Part shown: one piece after another, positions 10,903-20,200 of the stretch | Numbering within the stretch: position 1 is the stretch's first letter | Layout: every line of letters starts with the position of its first letter | From: Thermoguttaceae bacterium | Lineage (GTDB): Bacteria; Planctomycetota; Planctomycetia; Pirellulales; Thermoguttaceae | Direction: 5' to 3' | Length of the DNA: 45,649 nucleotides | Assembly (NCBI GenBank): GCA_045545275.1 | Contig: JAZQAP010000242.1 | Span: 1 to 45,649, forward strand | Program-made: the position numbers and the translations under genes | Notes under the pieces: model-generated | The model's database searches: none | Told to the model about the DNA's origin: nothing | What the model saw: only the letters and a program-made list of their open reading frames with translations

Positions 10903-12129
10903 TTAATTTTTTCCGAAAAAACTCGATTTTTTGCCGGTTTCGCCAATTTTTCGCTCGACGTCGCGACGACGCAGGCCGAGAACGAGGAAACGCAAACCGG
11001 GGACGCGACGGACGGCGAAGTACGTCGCGTAGGAACCGGCGAAGGACGCGGCGGCGACGAGCGCGATTTCGAGCGGTTCCGGGACGTTGCAAACGCGGGC
11101 GAAAAGCAAGGTCGCGGCGTAAACGAAAAACATATGGAAGACGTAAAGGCCGAAACTCGTTCGCGCAAGAAAGGTCGAAAGACGCGTCGGACGGTCGGCG
11201 TAACGCTTGGCAAAACCGAGGATTGCGAGCGTCGCCGTCCAAGCGTAAACGTTGGTTAACCAATGTCGCAAAACGGGACCGTCGGCGTAATTGGCGCCGA
11301 AGAAACGTCGGAAGTAAAGAACGCCGAAAACAAGCGCGCAAACGCCCCAAAACCAACGCGTTCGGACGAGCTCCGCTTCGACGTCCGCGCGGTGAAAAAC
11401 GAGATAGCCGAGGAAAAACGCGAAACCGTAAATCCCGCAACGGTAAACGGTTATTACCGGCGTATTCAAGATTTGCGCCGAGCCCCAAACGCCGAGCGTC
11501 GCCGCGACGAAGAAAAGCGTCCAAGCGAGCGTCGAACGAAGGGACGCTTCGCCGGATTGTTCGAGCGTCGCAACGTTTGCGTTCGCAACGGTTGCGCAAT
11601 TCGGCGAACGTCGACGGAAAAGGACGAGGAGCGCCGAGTAAACGAAAAGGAGCTGCGCGAACCAAAGGGGGCCCTGGCCGCCGAGGACGCAAACGATCGG
11701 GAAAACGAACGCCGGAATCGCCGGGTCGACGAGCCCCGGCGCGGAGGCGGTCGTGATAACGCCAAGCGTCCAAGAATGGAAAACGAGAACGCCAAGCGTC
11801 GACGGAACAAGGAGTTTCGCCGTTCGTTCGCGGAAAAATTCGCGGTTCGAGCGGCGGTTCAGCGAGTGTCGCGCCGAGATTCCGGCGACCAAAAAGAGCG
11901 AAAACATTAACCAAGGGTAAACGAACGTCGTCAACGCGTCGCCGAAACCGGGGCCGTTCGTCGGGAGAAGACCGCCGAAACCGAGAACATGGTTCCGAGC
12001 GAAAAAGACGTGATAAACGACGACCAAAACGACCGTCGCGCCGCGGATAAAATCCAAGTAATGGGCGCGCGGCGGAAAGCTAACGTCGGCAAGGGGTTGC
12101 GAATGGGAAAAGTCGGGGCGCGGTCGCAT
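10903..12129 (-). CDS. Acyltransferase family 3 (OpgC/OafA-like) integral membrane protein
   Basis: The 408-aa polytopic membrane protein starts in the pattern typical of the acyltransferase_3 family: HYLDFIRGATVVLVVVYHVFF. About 10 hydrophobic segments follow. Confidence 0.8.
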   Translation of the reverse strand: MRPRPDFSHSQPLADVSFPPRAHYLDFIRGATVVLVVVYHVFFARNHVLGFGGLLPTNGPGFGDALTTFVYPWLMFSLFLVAGISARHSLNRRSNREFFRERTAKLLVPSTLGVLVFHSWTLGVITTASAPGLVDPAIPAFVFPIVCVLGGQGPLWFAQLLFVYSALLVLFRRRSPNCATVANANVATLEQSGEASLRSTLAWTLFFVAATLGVWGSAQILNTPVITVYRCGIYGFAFFLGYLVFHRADVEAELVRTRWFWGVCALVFGVLYFRRFFGANYADGPVLRHWLTNVYAWTATLAILGFAKRYADRPTRLSTFLARTSFGLYVFHMFFVYAATLLFARVCNVPEPLEIALVAAASFAGSYATYFAVRRVPGLRFLVLGLRRRDVERKIGETGKKSSFFGKN

Positions 12130-12203
12130 CGGCGGAGGCTTTCGTCAAAGGGCGGCGGAAGAGAAAAAACGAGAAAAGGCGAAACGTCGGCGTTTCCCTC
12201 CTT

Positions 12204-12232
12204 ATTGTACGCGGAAAATCAACGCTTTGCAA
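12204..12232 (-). promoter_or_regulatory. Sigma70-type promoter for the acyltransferase gene
   Basis: The minus strand reads TTGCAA-17 nt-TACAAT (plus-strand attgta at 12204-12209 and ttgcaa at 12227-12232). It lies about 75 nt upstream of the start at 12129. Confidence 0.5.
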
Positions 12233-12290
12233 CGGGAACGCGGGAGAAATTTCGCGAAAAAACGACGCGACGAAAGAAAACGGCGGCAAG

Positions 12291-12341
12291 AAAGAAAAAA
12301 CGTCGAACGCGAATCCGCTGGAATCGGAAACGCGTTCGACG
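12291..12341 (-). terminator. Intrinsic terminator downstream of pnp
   Basis: A perfect 11-bp stem, cgtcgaacgcg (12301-12311) pairing with cgcgttcgacg (12331-12341), has an inner tccg/cgga extension. On the minus strand it is followed by TTTTTTCTTT. It begins 45 nt after the pnp stop. Confidence 0.7.
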
Positions 12342-12385
12342 CTAAAATCGCTAACGGCTAAAAAGCGTTCGACCGGCTAAAAGCG

Positions 12386-14626
12386 TCAGTCTTGCTTTTG
12401 ATCCGTTTCGCCGCGTTCTTTCAAAACGGCGCGGCGGCTGAGTTTAACGCGGTTTTGGTCGTCGATGGCGATGACCTTGACGTCGAACTTGTCGCCGAGT
12501 TTGCAGAAGTTTTGAATGTTGTCGACGTATTCGTCGGACAGCTCGCTGATGTGGCACAAACCGTCGCGGCCCGGCAGAATTTCGATGAACGCGCCGAAGT
12601 TTTGAATGCTCGTAACGACGCCTTCGTAAATTTTGCCGAGTTCGACCGTCGCGGTGAGGCGGGAAATTTCCTTCAACGCGGCTTCGGCGCTCGCTTGGTC
12701 GTTCGACGCGACGTTGACCGAACCGTCGTTGTCGATTTCGATCGAAGCGCCGGTCGCGTCTTGAATCGCGCGGATCGTCTTGCCGCCCGGGCCGATGAGG
12801 AGCCCGATTTTGTCCGGGTCGATCTTCGTGCGGAGGAGGCGCGGCGCGTATTCGGAAATGTTTTCGGCCGGACGCGGCGCGGCGGCGAGCATCTTGCGCA
12901 AGATGCCGATGCGCGCTTCGCGGGCTTGTTTAAGGGTTTGCGCGACGATTTCTTTCGAAATACCGTTCGTCTTGAGGTCAAGTTGGATGCCCGTGACGCC
13001 GTTTTGCGTCCCGGCGACTTTGAAGTCCATGTCGCCGTAGTGCTCTTCGTCGCCCATAATGTCGGTGATCGTGATCCAACGACCGTCTTCTTCCTTGACG
13101 AGACCGATCGAGATACCGGCGACCGGGTTCGAAATCGGAACGCCCGCCGCCATCAAACCGAGGGTCGCGCCGCAGACGGTCGCCATCGAGCTCGAACCGT
13201 TCGACTCGAGAATGTCGGAGATGACGCGCACCGTGTACGGGAATTCGTCGGCGTCCGGAAGAACCGGCTTGACGCTGCGTTCGGCGAGCGCGCCGTGCCC
13301 GTATTCGCGACGCCCGACGCCGCGGTACGGCTTGCATTCGCCGACCGAATACGGCGGGAAGTTGTAGTCGAGCATAAAACGCTTCGTGTATTCGTCGAAG
13401 AGACCTTCGACGCGTTGTTCGTCTTTCGCCGTCCCAAGCGTAACGGTGATAAGGGCTTGCGTTTCGCCGCGGGAGAAGAGGGCGGAACCGTGAACGCGCG
13501 GCAACACGTCGACGCGGCATTCGATCGGGCGAACTTCTTTAACGCCGCGACCGTCGAGGCGTTCCTTCGAGAGAATAATGTCGCGGACGACGCGTTCGAC
13601 GAAATCGTTGAAGGCGACTTCGAAGTATTCCGGCGCGAAGTAGTTCGGTTCGTCGGAGTCTTCGTCGGTTTCGACGATCAACTCGGCGCGGGCCTTATCT
13701 TTAACGAGCGCGCAGGCTTCGGCGCGGGCGAGTTTGCCGGCGGTTTTCTTCGCGGCGCGGAACTCGTCGTAGAATTTTTCCATCAACGCGTCGTACATCG
13801 GCGTCGTGTTCATCGGCTCGAACGACATTTTTTCCGGCGCGACTTTTTCGACGAGTTCAAGTTGCAGTTCGCAGATTTGACGGATGTACTTGTGCGCCGT
13901 CATAATCGCTTCGAACATCTTCGGTTCCGGCAGTTCGCGGGCGAAACCTTCGATCATCAGGACGGAGTCCATATTCCCGGAGACGATGAGGTCGAGTTCG
14001 CTGTTTTCGAGTTGGTCGACCGTCGGGAAGACGATGAATTCGTCGTCGACGCAAGCCAAGCGGACGGAGCCGAGCGGGCCGTCGAACGGAAGCGGGCTGA
14101 TTTGGAGGGCGGCCGAGGCGCCGTTCATCGCGATGACGTCCGGGTCGACGCGTTGGTCGCTGGCCAAAACGTTGGCGAAAATTTGGACGTCGTTGTAGAA
14201 CCCTTTCGGGAAGAGCGGACGAATCGGGCGGTCGATAAGTCGAGCGGTGAGAACCTCTTTCAAGCCCGGGCGACCTTCGCGTTTCAGGAAGCCGCCGGGG
14301 AATTTGCCCGCCGCGGCGACGCGTTCGCGGTAGTCGCAGGTGAGCGGGAAGAAGTCCGCGCCCGGTTTGCTCGGAGCGGTCGTCGTCGCGCAGAGGACGC
14401 AAACGTCGTCGTAGCCGATGAGGCAGCTGCCGTGCGCTTGTTTCGCGAGTTCGCCCGTTTCGATCCAAAATAAACCGGCGCCAATTTGTTTTTCGACTCT
14501 AATTTTCAACTTTTTTACCTTTTTCTTTTCTACCAAACTCGTCGGAACCTGCTTCGTCCGCCGAGCCGAATGCGAGAAGCCGCGTCGACTTCTTCGAGGG
14601 AGAGCGCGCCGGAAATTCGGCGACAA
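12386..14626 (-). CDS. pnp: Polyribonucleotide nucleotidyltransferase (PNPase)
   Basis: The product reads as PNPase along its full length, with IETGELAKQAHGS, two RNase PH-like domains, a KH domain (IGPGGKTIRAIQDATGA) and an S1 domain (GKIYEGVVTSIQNFGAFIEILPGRDGLCHISEL). It lies immediately downstream of rpsO, as in most bacteria. The longest ORF adds 30-40 Arg-rich residues. A TTG at 14536, or at 14509 (giving MKIRVEKQIGAG...), gives a more canonical N-terminus. Confidence 0.95.
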   Translation of the reverse strand: MSPNFRRALPRRSRRGFSHSARRTKQVPTSLVEKKKVKKLKIRVEKQIGAGLFWIETGELAKQAHGSCLIGYDDVCVLCATTTAPSKPGADFFPLTCDYRERVAAAGKFPGGFLKREGRPGLKEVLTARLIDRPIRPLFPKGFYNDVQIFANVLASDQRVDPDVIAMNGASAALQISPLPFDGPLGSVRLACVDDEFIVFPTVDQLENSELDLIVSGNMDSVLMIEGFARELPEPKMFEAIMTAHKYIRQICELQLELVEKVAPEKMSFEPMNTTPMYDALMEKFYDEFRAAKKTAGKLARAEACALVKDKARAELIVETDEDSDEPNYFAPEYFEVAFNDFVERVVRDIILSKERLDGRGVKEVRPIECRVDVLPRVHGSALFSRGETQALITVTLGTAKDEQRVEGLFDEYTKRFMLDYNFPPYSVGECKPYRGVGRREYGHGALAERSVKPVLPDADEFPYTVRVISDILESNGSSSMATVCGATLGLMAAGVPISNPVAGISIGLVKEEDGRWITITDIMGDEEHYGDMDFKVAGTQNGVTGIQLDLKTNGISKEIVAQTLKQAREARIGILRKMLAAAPRPAENISEYAPRLLRTKIDPDKIGLLIGPGGKTIRAIQDATGASIEIDNDGSVNVASNDQASAEAALKEISRLTATVELGKIYEGVVTSIQNFGAFIEILPGRDGLCHISELSDEYVDNIQNFCKLGDKFDVKVIAIDDQNRVKLSRRAVLKERGETDQKQD

Positions 14627-14887
14627 TGAAACGCGAAGTGAAAGCGTCGCAACGGTTAACGGTCAAAACGCGACGCCGAAATCGAAAACGCGCTCTTCTT
14701 TATCTATTAATGAACGACGAACGCCGCGTCGCGGAGGACGCGATAGTCGTTCCGCTTTTGGAGGAAACGTCGCGAAGAACGAGAAACGCAACGCTCGAAA
14801 CGGCGCGCTTTACGTCGCTCGACGACTTTTCCGAAAGGAGAGAGCGCCGGTCGTTTTTCAAAGATTTGGCGTTAAATTTAAAGAACG

Positions 14888-14943
14888 GCCAAAAGAGAAA
14901 AAGGAAAACGGCGCGCTCGCGAAAAAAACGCTCGCGGCGCGCC
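14888..14943 (-). terminator. Probable rpsO terminator/attenuator hairpin in the rpsO-pnp spacer
   Basis: An imperfect GC-rich hairpin is formed by cggcgcgctcgcg (14909-14921), an A7/T7 loop and cgctcgcggcgcgcc (14929-14943). On the minus strand it is followed by a U-rich run (ttttcctttttctctttt). It starts about 30 nt after the rpsO stop. Confidence 0.4.
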
Positions 14944-14971
14944 CAACGCCGCAAACGTTGCAAAAAAACGA

Positions 14972-15253
14972 CTACTTGCGGATGCCGAGGCGTTTGATGA
15001 GCGTAACGTAACGCGATTGATCTTCGCGTTTCAGGTAGTCGAGAAGGCTGCGACGATCGCTAACCATTTGAAGGAGACCGCGGCGGGTCGAGTAATCCTT
15101 TTTGTGGATTTTCATGTGTTCGGTCAACGCGTTGATTTTTTTCGTCAGCAAAGCGACTTGGACTTCCGGGGAGCCGACGTCGGAATCGCTGCGGCGGTAT
15201 TCGGCGATGATCGCTTGTTTTTCTTCTTTGGTCATAATCGTCATATTAATCAC
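14972..15253 (-). CDS. rpsO: 30S ribosomal protein S15
   Basis: [66 protein letters not shown] aligns residue for residue with bacterial S15. The true start is probably one of the internal Met codons (15244 or 15235), giving 87-90 aa. Confidence 0.93.
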   Translation of the reverse strand: MINMTIMTKEEKQAIIAEYRRSDSDVGSPEVQVALLTKKINALTEHMKIHKKDYSTRRGLLQMVSDRRSLLDYLKREDQSRYVTLIKRLGIRK

Positions 15254-16976
15254 CTTGTTTCGTTTGGGAAATCGACTAGCGAACGGCGAAACGCAGCCGG
15301 TCGACTCCGCTGGTTTGGATTGTTCGGTAAAATCCTTTGCTTTTTTGGGAAATTTGCGTAAATGTCGGACGCCGCCGAAACGACGTTTGGGCGATTTTAG
15401 AACGTCGTTTAACGTTAATCGGTTTGACGCGAAGGTCGGCGAGGGCCGAGGAGCGCGGAACCTTTTGGCGGCGAGTCCAAAACAATTTTATACATTATAC
15501 GCGCCGACGGCGTTTCGAAAAGGGGGGCGAATAAATTTTCTCGAAAAGATTTTTCGCGCTTTGCAATTGTTTCAAGTTGTTAAAATAGGCAGGATAAGAG
15601 GTTTGGTTAATGTTATTGAGTGGGATGACGGGGGAGGCGGTTTTGAGAGAGACGTAATCTGGGTTAGACGGCGAAACAAGGCGATTTTCGGCGATTGGGT
15701 AAAATTTTCCGAGACGCTTCGCCGGGAGGAGAGGGAGGTACTTTATTGTCGAAACCCGCGTCGGGACGGGCGGCGGCGAAACGCGAGCGCGACTTGCGAT
15801 TCGCCCCCGTTCGACGCGCGGTTCCGCAGTTCGCGTCGATCGGCGTCGCCTCGACCGTTTGCGGTTGGCGAAAGCGGACTTTTCGTTTTCGCTCGACCCG
15901 AGCGGGGTCGCGATTGTCGCGGCTTGCCGGCTATTTCGGGTCGACCGATTTTAAGGGCGTTCGCAGCGTCGTTTTATCGGTTCGCCCCGAAATATCCCTT
16001 TATTCCGAACGGCCTTAGGTTCGACCTTTCGACCGCGTTCCGCCGAGGAGCGTCCGATTCGTCGCGCCGACGGCCCGACCGCCGAAGCGTCGATTTTCGC
16101 CGCAAGCGTCGTCGTTTAAAATCGTTGAAAAACGTTGGAGAACGCGGCAAGGGCGCTTGCGACTCGTTCGACAAGGAGACTTGCGAAACGGGAACGAAAA
16201 ACGACCGACGGCTGGACTTCGACGCGACGACCCGCGAAACCTTAGTTCCGCAAGTCGCTTCGAGACGCGGAATTAAGAGAAGCGGCGGCCGCGAAGGAAC
16301 GCGCGAATACCGGTTTGCTTGACGCGGCGTCGTTTTAGCGACGCTAAACGACGTCTCGAGGACGGCGGCGAAAAAGCGTCGAAGAAACGCGGCGGCGTCT
16401 TGTCGCGTCGCGTTTTAGCGGCGTTCTTTTCGACCGTCGGGCGAACCGGGCGGGCCGTCGAAAAACGCGTTGGAAACTTTTAAACCGCGCCGTTTATCGC
16501 GTTGCGTTTGGCTCGGTCTTTTCGCCTTGGCGGTCGAACGTCGACTCGTTCGACGCGCGCCGAATTTCGGAGCGTTGCGCAAGCGCGAAAACGATTGAAA
16601 ACAGACGTTTGCAGCGGCGGCGGGTAAACCCGACTTTTAACGTTTCCTCGAAGACGCGTTCCCGACGTCGAGCCGTTCGACTTCGTTTCGCTTGACGGAA
16701 GCGGCGATTTTACCGACGTTTGAGCGTCGGCGCTCCTTTCCGTCGCGTTCCGGCGAATTACGTCGACGCCGCGTCGACTTCGCCTTTGAGTTCGGCCCTC
16801 TCCGTCGCGACGACGGAACCCGAGCGAACGCGTCGGCGACGAACGACGAACGGTTCCTCGCGTTTCTCGGCGCGGGTTCAAACGCTTTTGGTGTTGTGAA
16901 AGCGTTGAGAAAACGACGTTTGCGTTGCGGTTTAAAACTCGGAAAATCTCCGTCTTTAACCGTTGACGCGGCGTCG

Positions 16977-17082
16977 TTTTCCATTTTTCTTGGACGAGCG
17001 GCAAACTTTGCGCGTTTCCTCCGCTTATTTTCTTTCTCTTCGCGCCCGATTTTTTCCGATTTTCTCTTGGAATCGCGGCAAA
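16977..17082 (+). repeat. Two imperfect ~30-bp direct repeats upstream of the 17089 promoter (possible regulator sites)
   Basis: Copy 1 (16977-17005) is ttttccatttttcttggacgagcggcaaa and copy 2 (17052-17082) is ttttccgattttctcttggaatcgcggcaaa. The 17-nt core cttgga-NNN-gcggcaaa matches at 14 of 17 positions. Copy 2 ends 6 nt before the -35 box. Confidence 0.4.
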
Positions 17083-17088
17083 ATTTCC

Positions 17089-17117
17089 TTGAAACGCCGC
17101 CTCGAGTCGGGTATAAT
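17089..17117 (+). promoter_or_regulatory. Sigma70-type promoter of the LamG/beta-helix gene
   Basis: The plus strand reads TTGAAA (17089-17094), a 17-nt spacer, then TATAAT (17112-17117). It lies about 85 nt upstream of the ATG at 17204, which is preceded by gaagggaga. Confidence 0.6.
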
Positions 17118-17203
17118 CGAAAGCGTCGCCGCCGCGTCGGAGGTTGCGTTGAAGCGTTAACCGGCGATTCGGCGCTAGATTGTAAACTGAAGGGAGAACC
17201 GGA

Positions 17204-20200
17204 ATGACGTTAAAACGATATTGGCCGCTTCGAAGAAAAAACGAACGCGGTAAGAGAAAACGCGGCGCAACCGACGTAAAATCGACGCTTAGGTTGACGA
17301 CTTGGGCGGGCGCGGCGGCTTTTGTCGCGGGAGCAAGCTGGCTCGGAGGCGGCTATTTCGCGTCGACGGCGCTGGGGCAAGACGCGACGATAGAAGTCGG
17401 TAAAGTGATTGTCGACAAAGCGGTTAAGGGGCCGAAACCCGACCTTTCGACCGGTTCGTTTTCGGTCGGTTTGCGCTTCAAATTGGAGGCGCCGGGGAAC
17501 GAAGTCGGAAACGGCGACGGACTCGGGATGTTATTCTCTGTCGCGAGCGGTTGGCACGACGGGTTTCGCGCCCATTACAACTGGAGAAACGGACAAATAA
17601 CCTTTCAAATTGGGCGAGTTAAAGAAAAAAGCGCGGTCGGCGTCGGCTCGGATCGCGGGTTTTTGCCCGGCGTAATGCGAGACGTCGTCGCCGTTTACGA
17701 CGCGGAAAAGGACGAAATGACGCTTTACGTCGACGGCGAAAAGGTCGGCGCCGCGTCGTATTCCGGGCCGATCGACGTTTTCGACCAACCGCTAAGCGTC
17801 GGGTTTGGAGGCTTTGGAGTCGGTTCGAACCGAATGTTCGTCGACAAACTCGAATATTGGAAACGCCCGCTGACCGCTTCCGAAGTCGCCGAGCGCAACG
17901 CCGCGCGCCCGAAAACGGAACTCGAAGCGACGCAAGTGCTTGCGTTCTTTGTCGAGGCCGGGAACGCGACGAATCTCGCCGTCGACGATTCGCAAATCGA
18001 AACGATTTTGGCCCTCGACGTTCCGGAGGAAACGAAGGCGACGGCTCGTCGAACGGCGCTTGCGAAAGCGTTGAACGACAAGGAGTTCGCGAAAGCGGCT
18101 GAACTTGCGTTCGCGGAAGCGGAACGACTTTTGGCGGAAGAAAAAGCGTCGAGCGACGCCGAGTCGCAAGCGGTTCGCAACGCGCGGTTGAGCCGATACG
18201 GCGAAATCGAGATCGCGTTGGCGCAATGTTTGGCGTCGGAGCGTTGCGGAGCTGAAGTCGCGGCGAAAGCGCGACGGTTGCAAAAGACCTTGCGAGAACG
18301 GTTTAGCGACGAATGGGCGACATTTGGAGAAATCAACGCGCTCGGAAACGCCGCCGGCGCGGTTCAGAAAATTGAAAAAGACGCTAAACGGCGATACGAC
18401 GGGACGTTAAAAGCGTTGAACGCCGCGAAGAAACGAACGATTTTCGCCGCGCCGAACGGGGACGACGCCGCCGACGGTTCGCGCGAAAAGCCGGTCGCGA
18501 CGCTCGCCAAGGCGTTCGAAATCGCGCAACGTTTGGCGAAGGACGCGAAAGAACAAGACGGAACCGCCGTCGTCGTTGAACTTGCGAACGGCGTTTACCG
18601 CGTCGACCGAACCGCGGCGCTAGACGGCGTCGCGAACGTCGTCGTCAAACCGGCGCCCGGCGCGAAAGCCGTCTTGACTGGAACGGTCGAAGTCGGTAAT
18701 TTCGAAACGCTTAGCGACGGAGCCCAAACGTCGAAAGCGGTTGCCGACGCGGCGTCGCGATTCCAAGAAGCGGCGCGTTCAAAAATCTTTGTCGCCGACT
18801 TAAAAGCCGACGGCGTCGAGGATTGCGGGAGGTTGGCGACGCGCGGATACGGCGTCGGCGAAAAGGTCGCGCCGATTCCTTCGCTTTACGTCGACGGCGA
18901 GTCGCAAACGTTGGCGCGTTGGCCGAACGTCGGGGACGCCGCGCTCGACTTTGGCGACGTCGTTTCACAAGGGGACGAAGTCAACGGCAAAAAAACGACG
19001 ACGCTGCGATACGATTTCGACCGTCCGAACGGTTGGAAACTTTCCGGAAACGCCGACGCCGACGATATTTGGGCGTTTGGGCTTTACGTTTGGGAATGGG
19101 CCGCGAACTTCCGCCGCGTCGAGAAAATCGACCGCGACGCCAAGACGCTGACGGTCGATTATCCGGACGCGAACGGGCGCTTCCATTATTATTTCGTCAA
19201 CGTTCTCGAAGAATTGGACGCGCCGGGCGAATATTACGTCGATCGAAACGCCGGCCTTCTTTACTTTTACGCGCCGGACGCCTTGTCGTCGGTCGACGCG
19301 TTAAAAGCGGCGTCCGTCGAATTCGACGTTTTCGACGGGCGTTTCGTCGACGTAAAGAACTCGCGACGCGTTCTGTTGCAAAATATCGAGTTAAAGGGCG
19401 GGCGCGAAACGGCGGTCGCGTTCGAAAATTGCGTCGAGTCGTATTTTGTCGGCGGGAAAATCGAGCAGTTCGGCGGGAACGGCGCGCTGATTCTAAACGG
19501 CGAATTTTGCGGCGTTTTGGACTCGCGACTGCGCGAACTCGGCGCTTCCGGCGTTCGGATTCGCGGCGGCGACCGCTCGACGTTAAAGCGCGCCAATCAT
19601 TGGCTTCACAACTGTTTCATTAGCGATTTCAGCCGAATCGACCGCGTTTACGCTCCGGCGTTGCAGTTCAACGGCTGCGGGTTGGCGGCGACGAACAACC
19701 TGATTTGCGACTCGCCGCACCACGGGATGCGCGCCGACGGGAACGATATTTACATCGCCCGAAACGAAGTTCACTCCGTCGTTTACGAATACAGCGATCA
19801 GTCGGGAATCGATATTTTTTGCGATCCGACGTTCCGCGGAATCGTTATCGAGGAGAACCTTTGGCGGCATATCGGGTCGTCGTTCGCGCTCTGCGGACAA
19901 GCCGGAATCCGTTTGGACGACGCGATTTCCGGCGTCGCGATGATCGGCAACGTTTTCTATCGCTCGTCCGGCGGGAATTTCGGCGGAATCCAGATTCACG
20001 GCGGGAAAGACAACCTCAGTATTAGCAACGTTTTTATCGATTGCAAACAGGCGTTCAGCTTCTCGCCTTGGAGCGACGGACGCTATCAAACCTTCGTTAA
20101 GGAACGTTTCCCGGAAAACGTTGGAAAGCAAGCGTTTATCGACGCGTATCCGTTCTTCGATAAGATTTTCGAGAATCCGAACCGCAACTATTTTATCGGG

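Noticed and set aside
9451-11259. Very long ORFs antisense to or overlapping confirmed genes. Examples are 9451-11259 (+), 12392-14473 (+), 27905-29470 (+), 30105-31826 (-), 31789-33126 (-), 35242-36417 (-), 10862-11914 (-) and 2459-3433 (-).
   Set aside because: All overlap genes that have clear family motifs on the other strand or frame. Their translations are dominated by Arg, with low complexity and no motifs. They are shadow frames produced by the CpG-rich codon bias.
15102-16322. A 406-aa ORF spanning the rpsO upstream region.
   Set aside because: It starts antisense inside rpsO and has no RBS. Its composition is Arg/Ser-rich junk (RRRNASATCDSPPFDARFRSSRRSASPRP...). The other frames are no better. 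I treat the region as non-coding or unknown rather than calling a gene.
16328-16355. A stable hairpin (cgtcgttttag-cgacg-ctaaacgacg) as an intrinsic terminator.
   Set aside because: No U-tract follows it on either strand. Hairpins of acg/cgt-rich words arise easily in this composition.
15597-17050. Possible tmRNA, RNase P RNA, SRP RNA or tRNA in the gene-free region.
   Set aside because: gggggaggcggttttgag superficially resembles a tmRNA 5' end. However, there is no GGUUUCGAC-type segment, no matching 3' acceptor or CCA-proximal T-arm, and no ..ALAA-type tag ORF. I found no GAGGAAAGUCC or ACAGAA..CGGCUUA RNase P boxes and no GGTTCGANTCC T-loops with cloverleaf context on either strand. A covariance-model scan is still needed.
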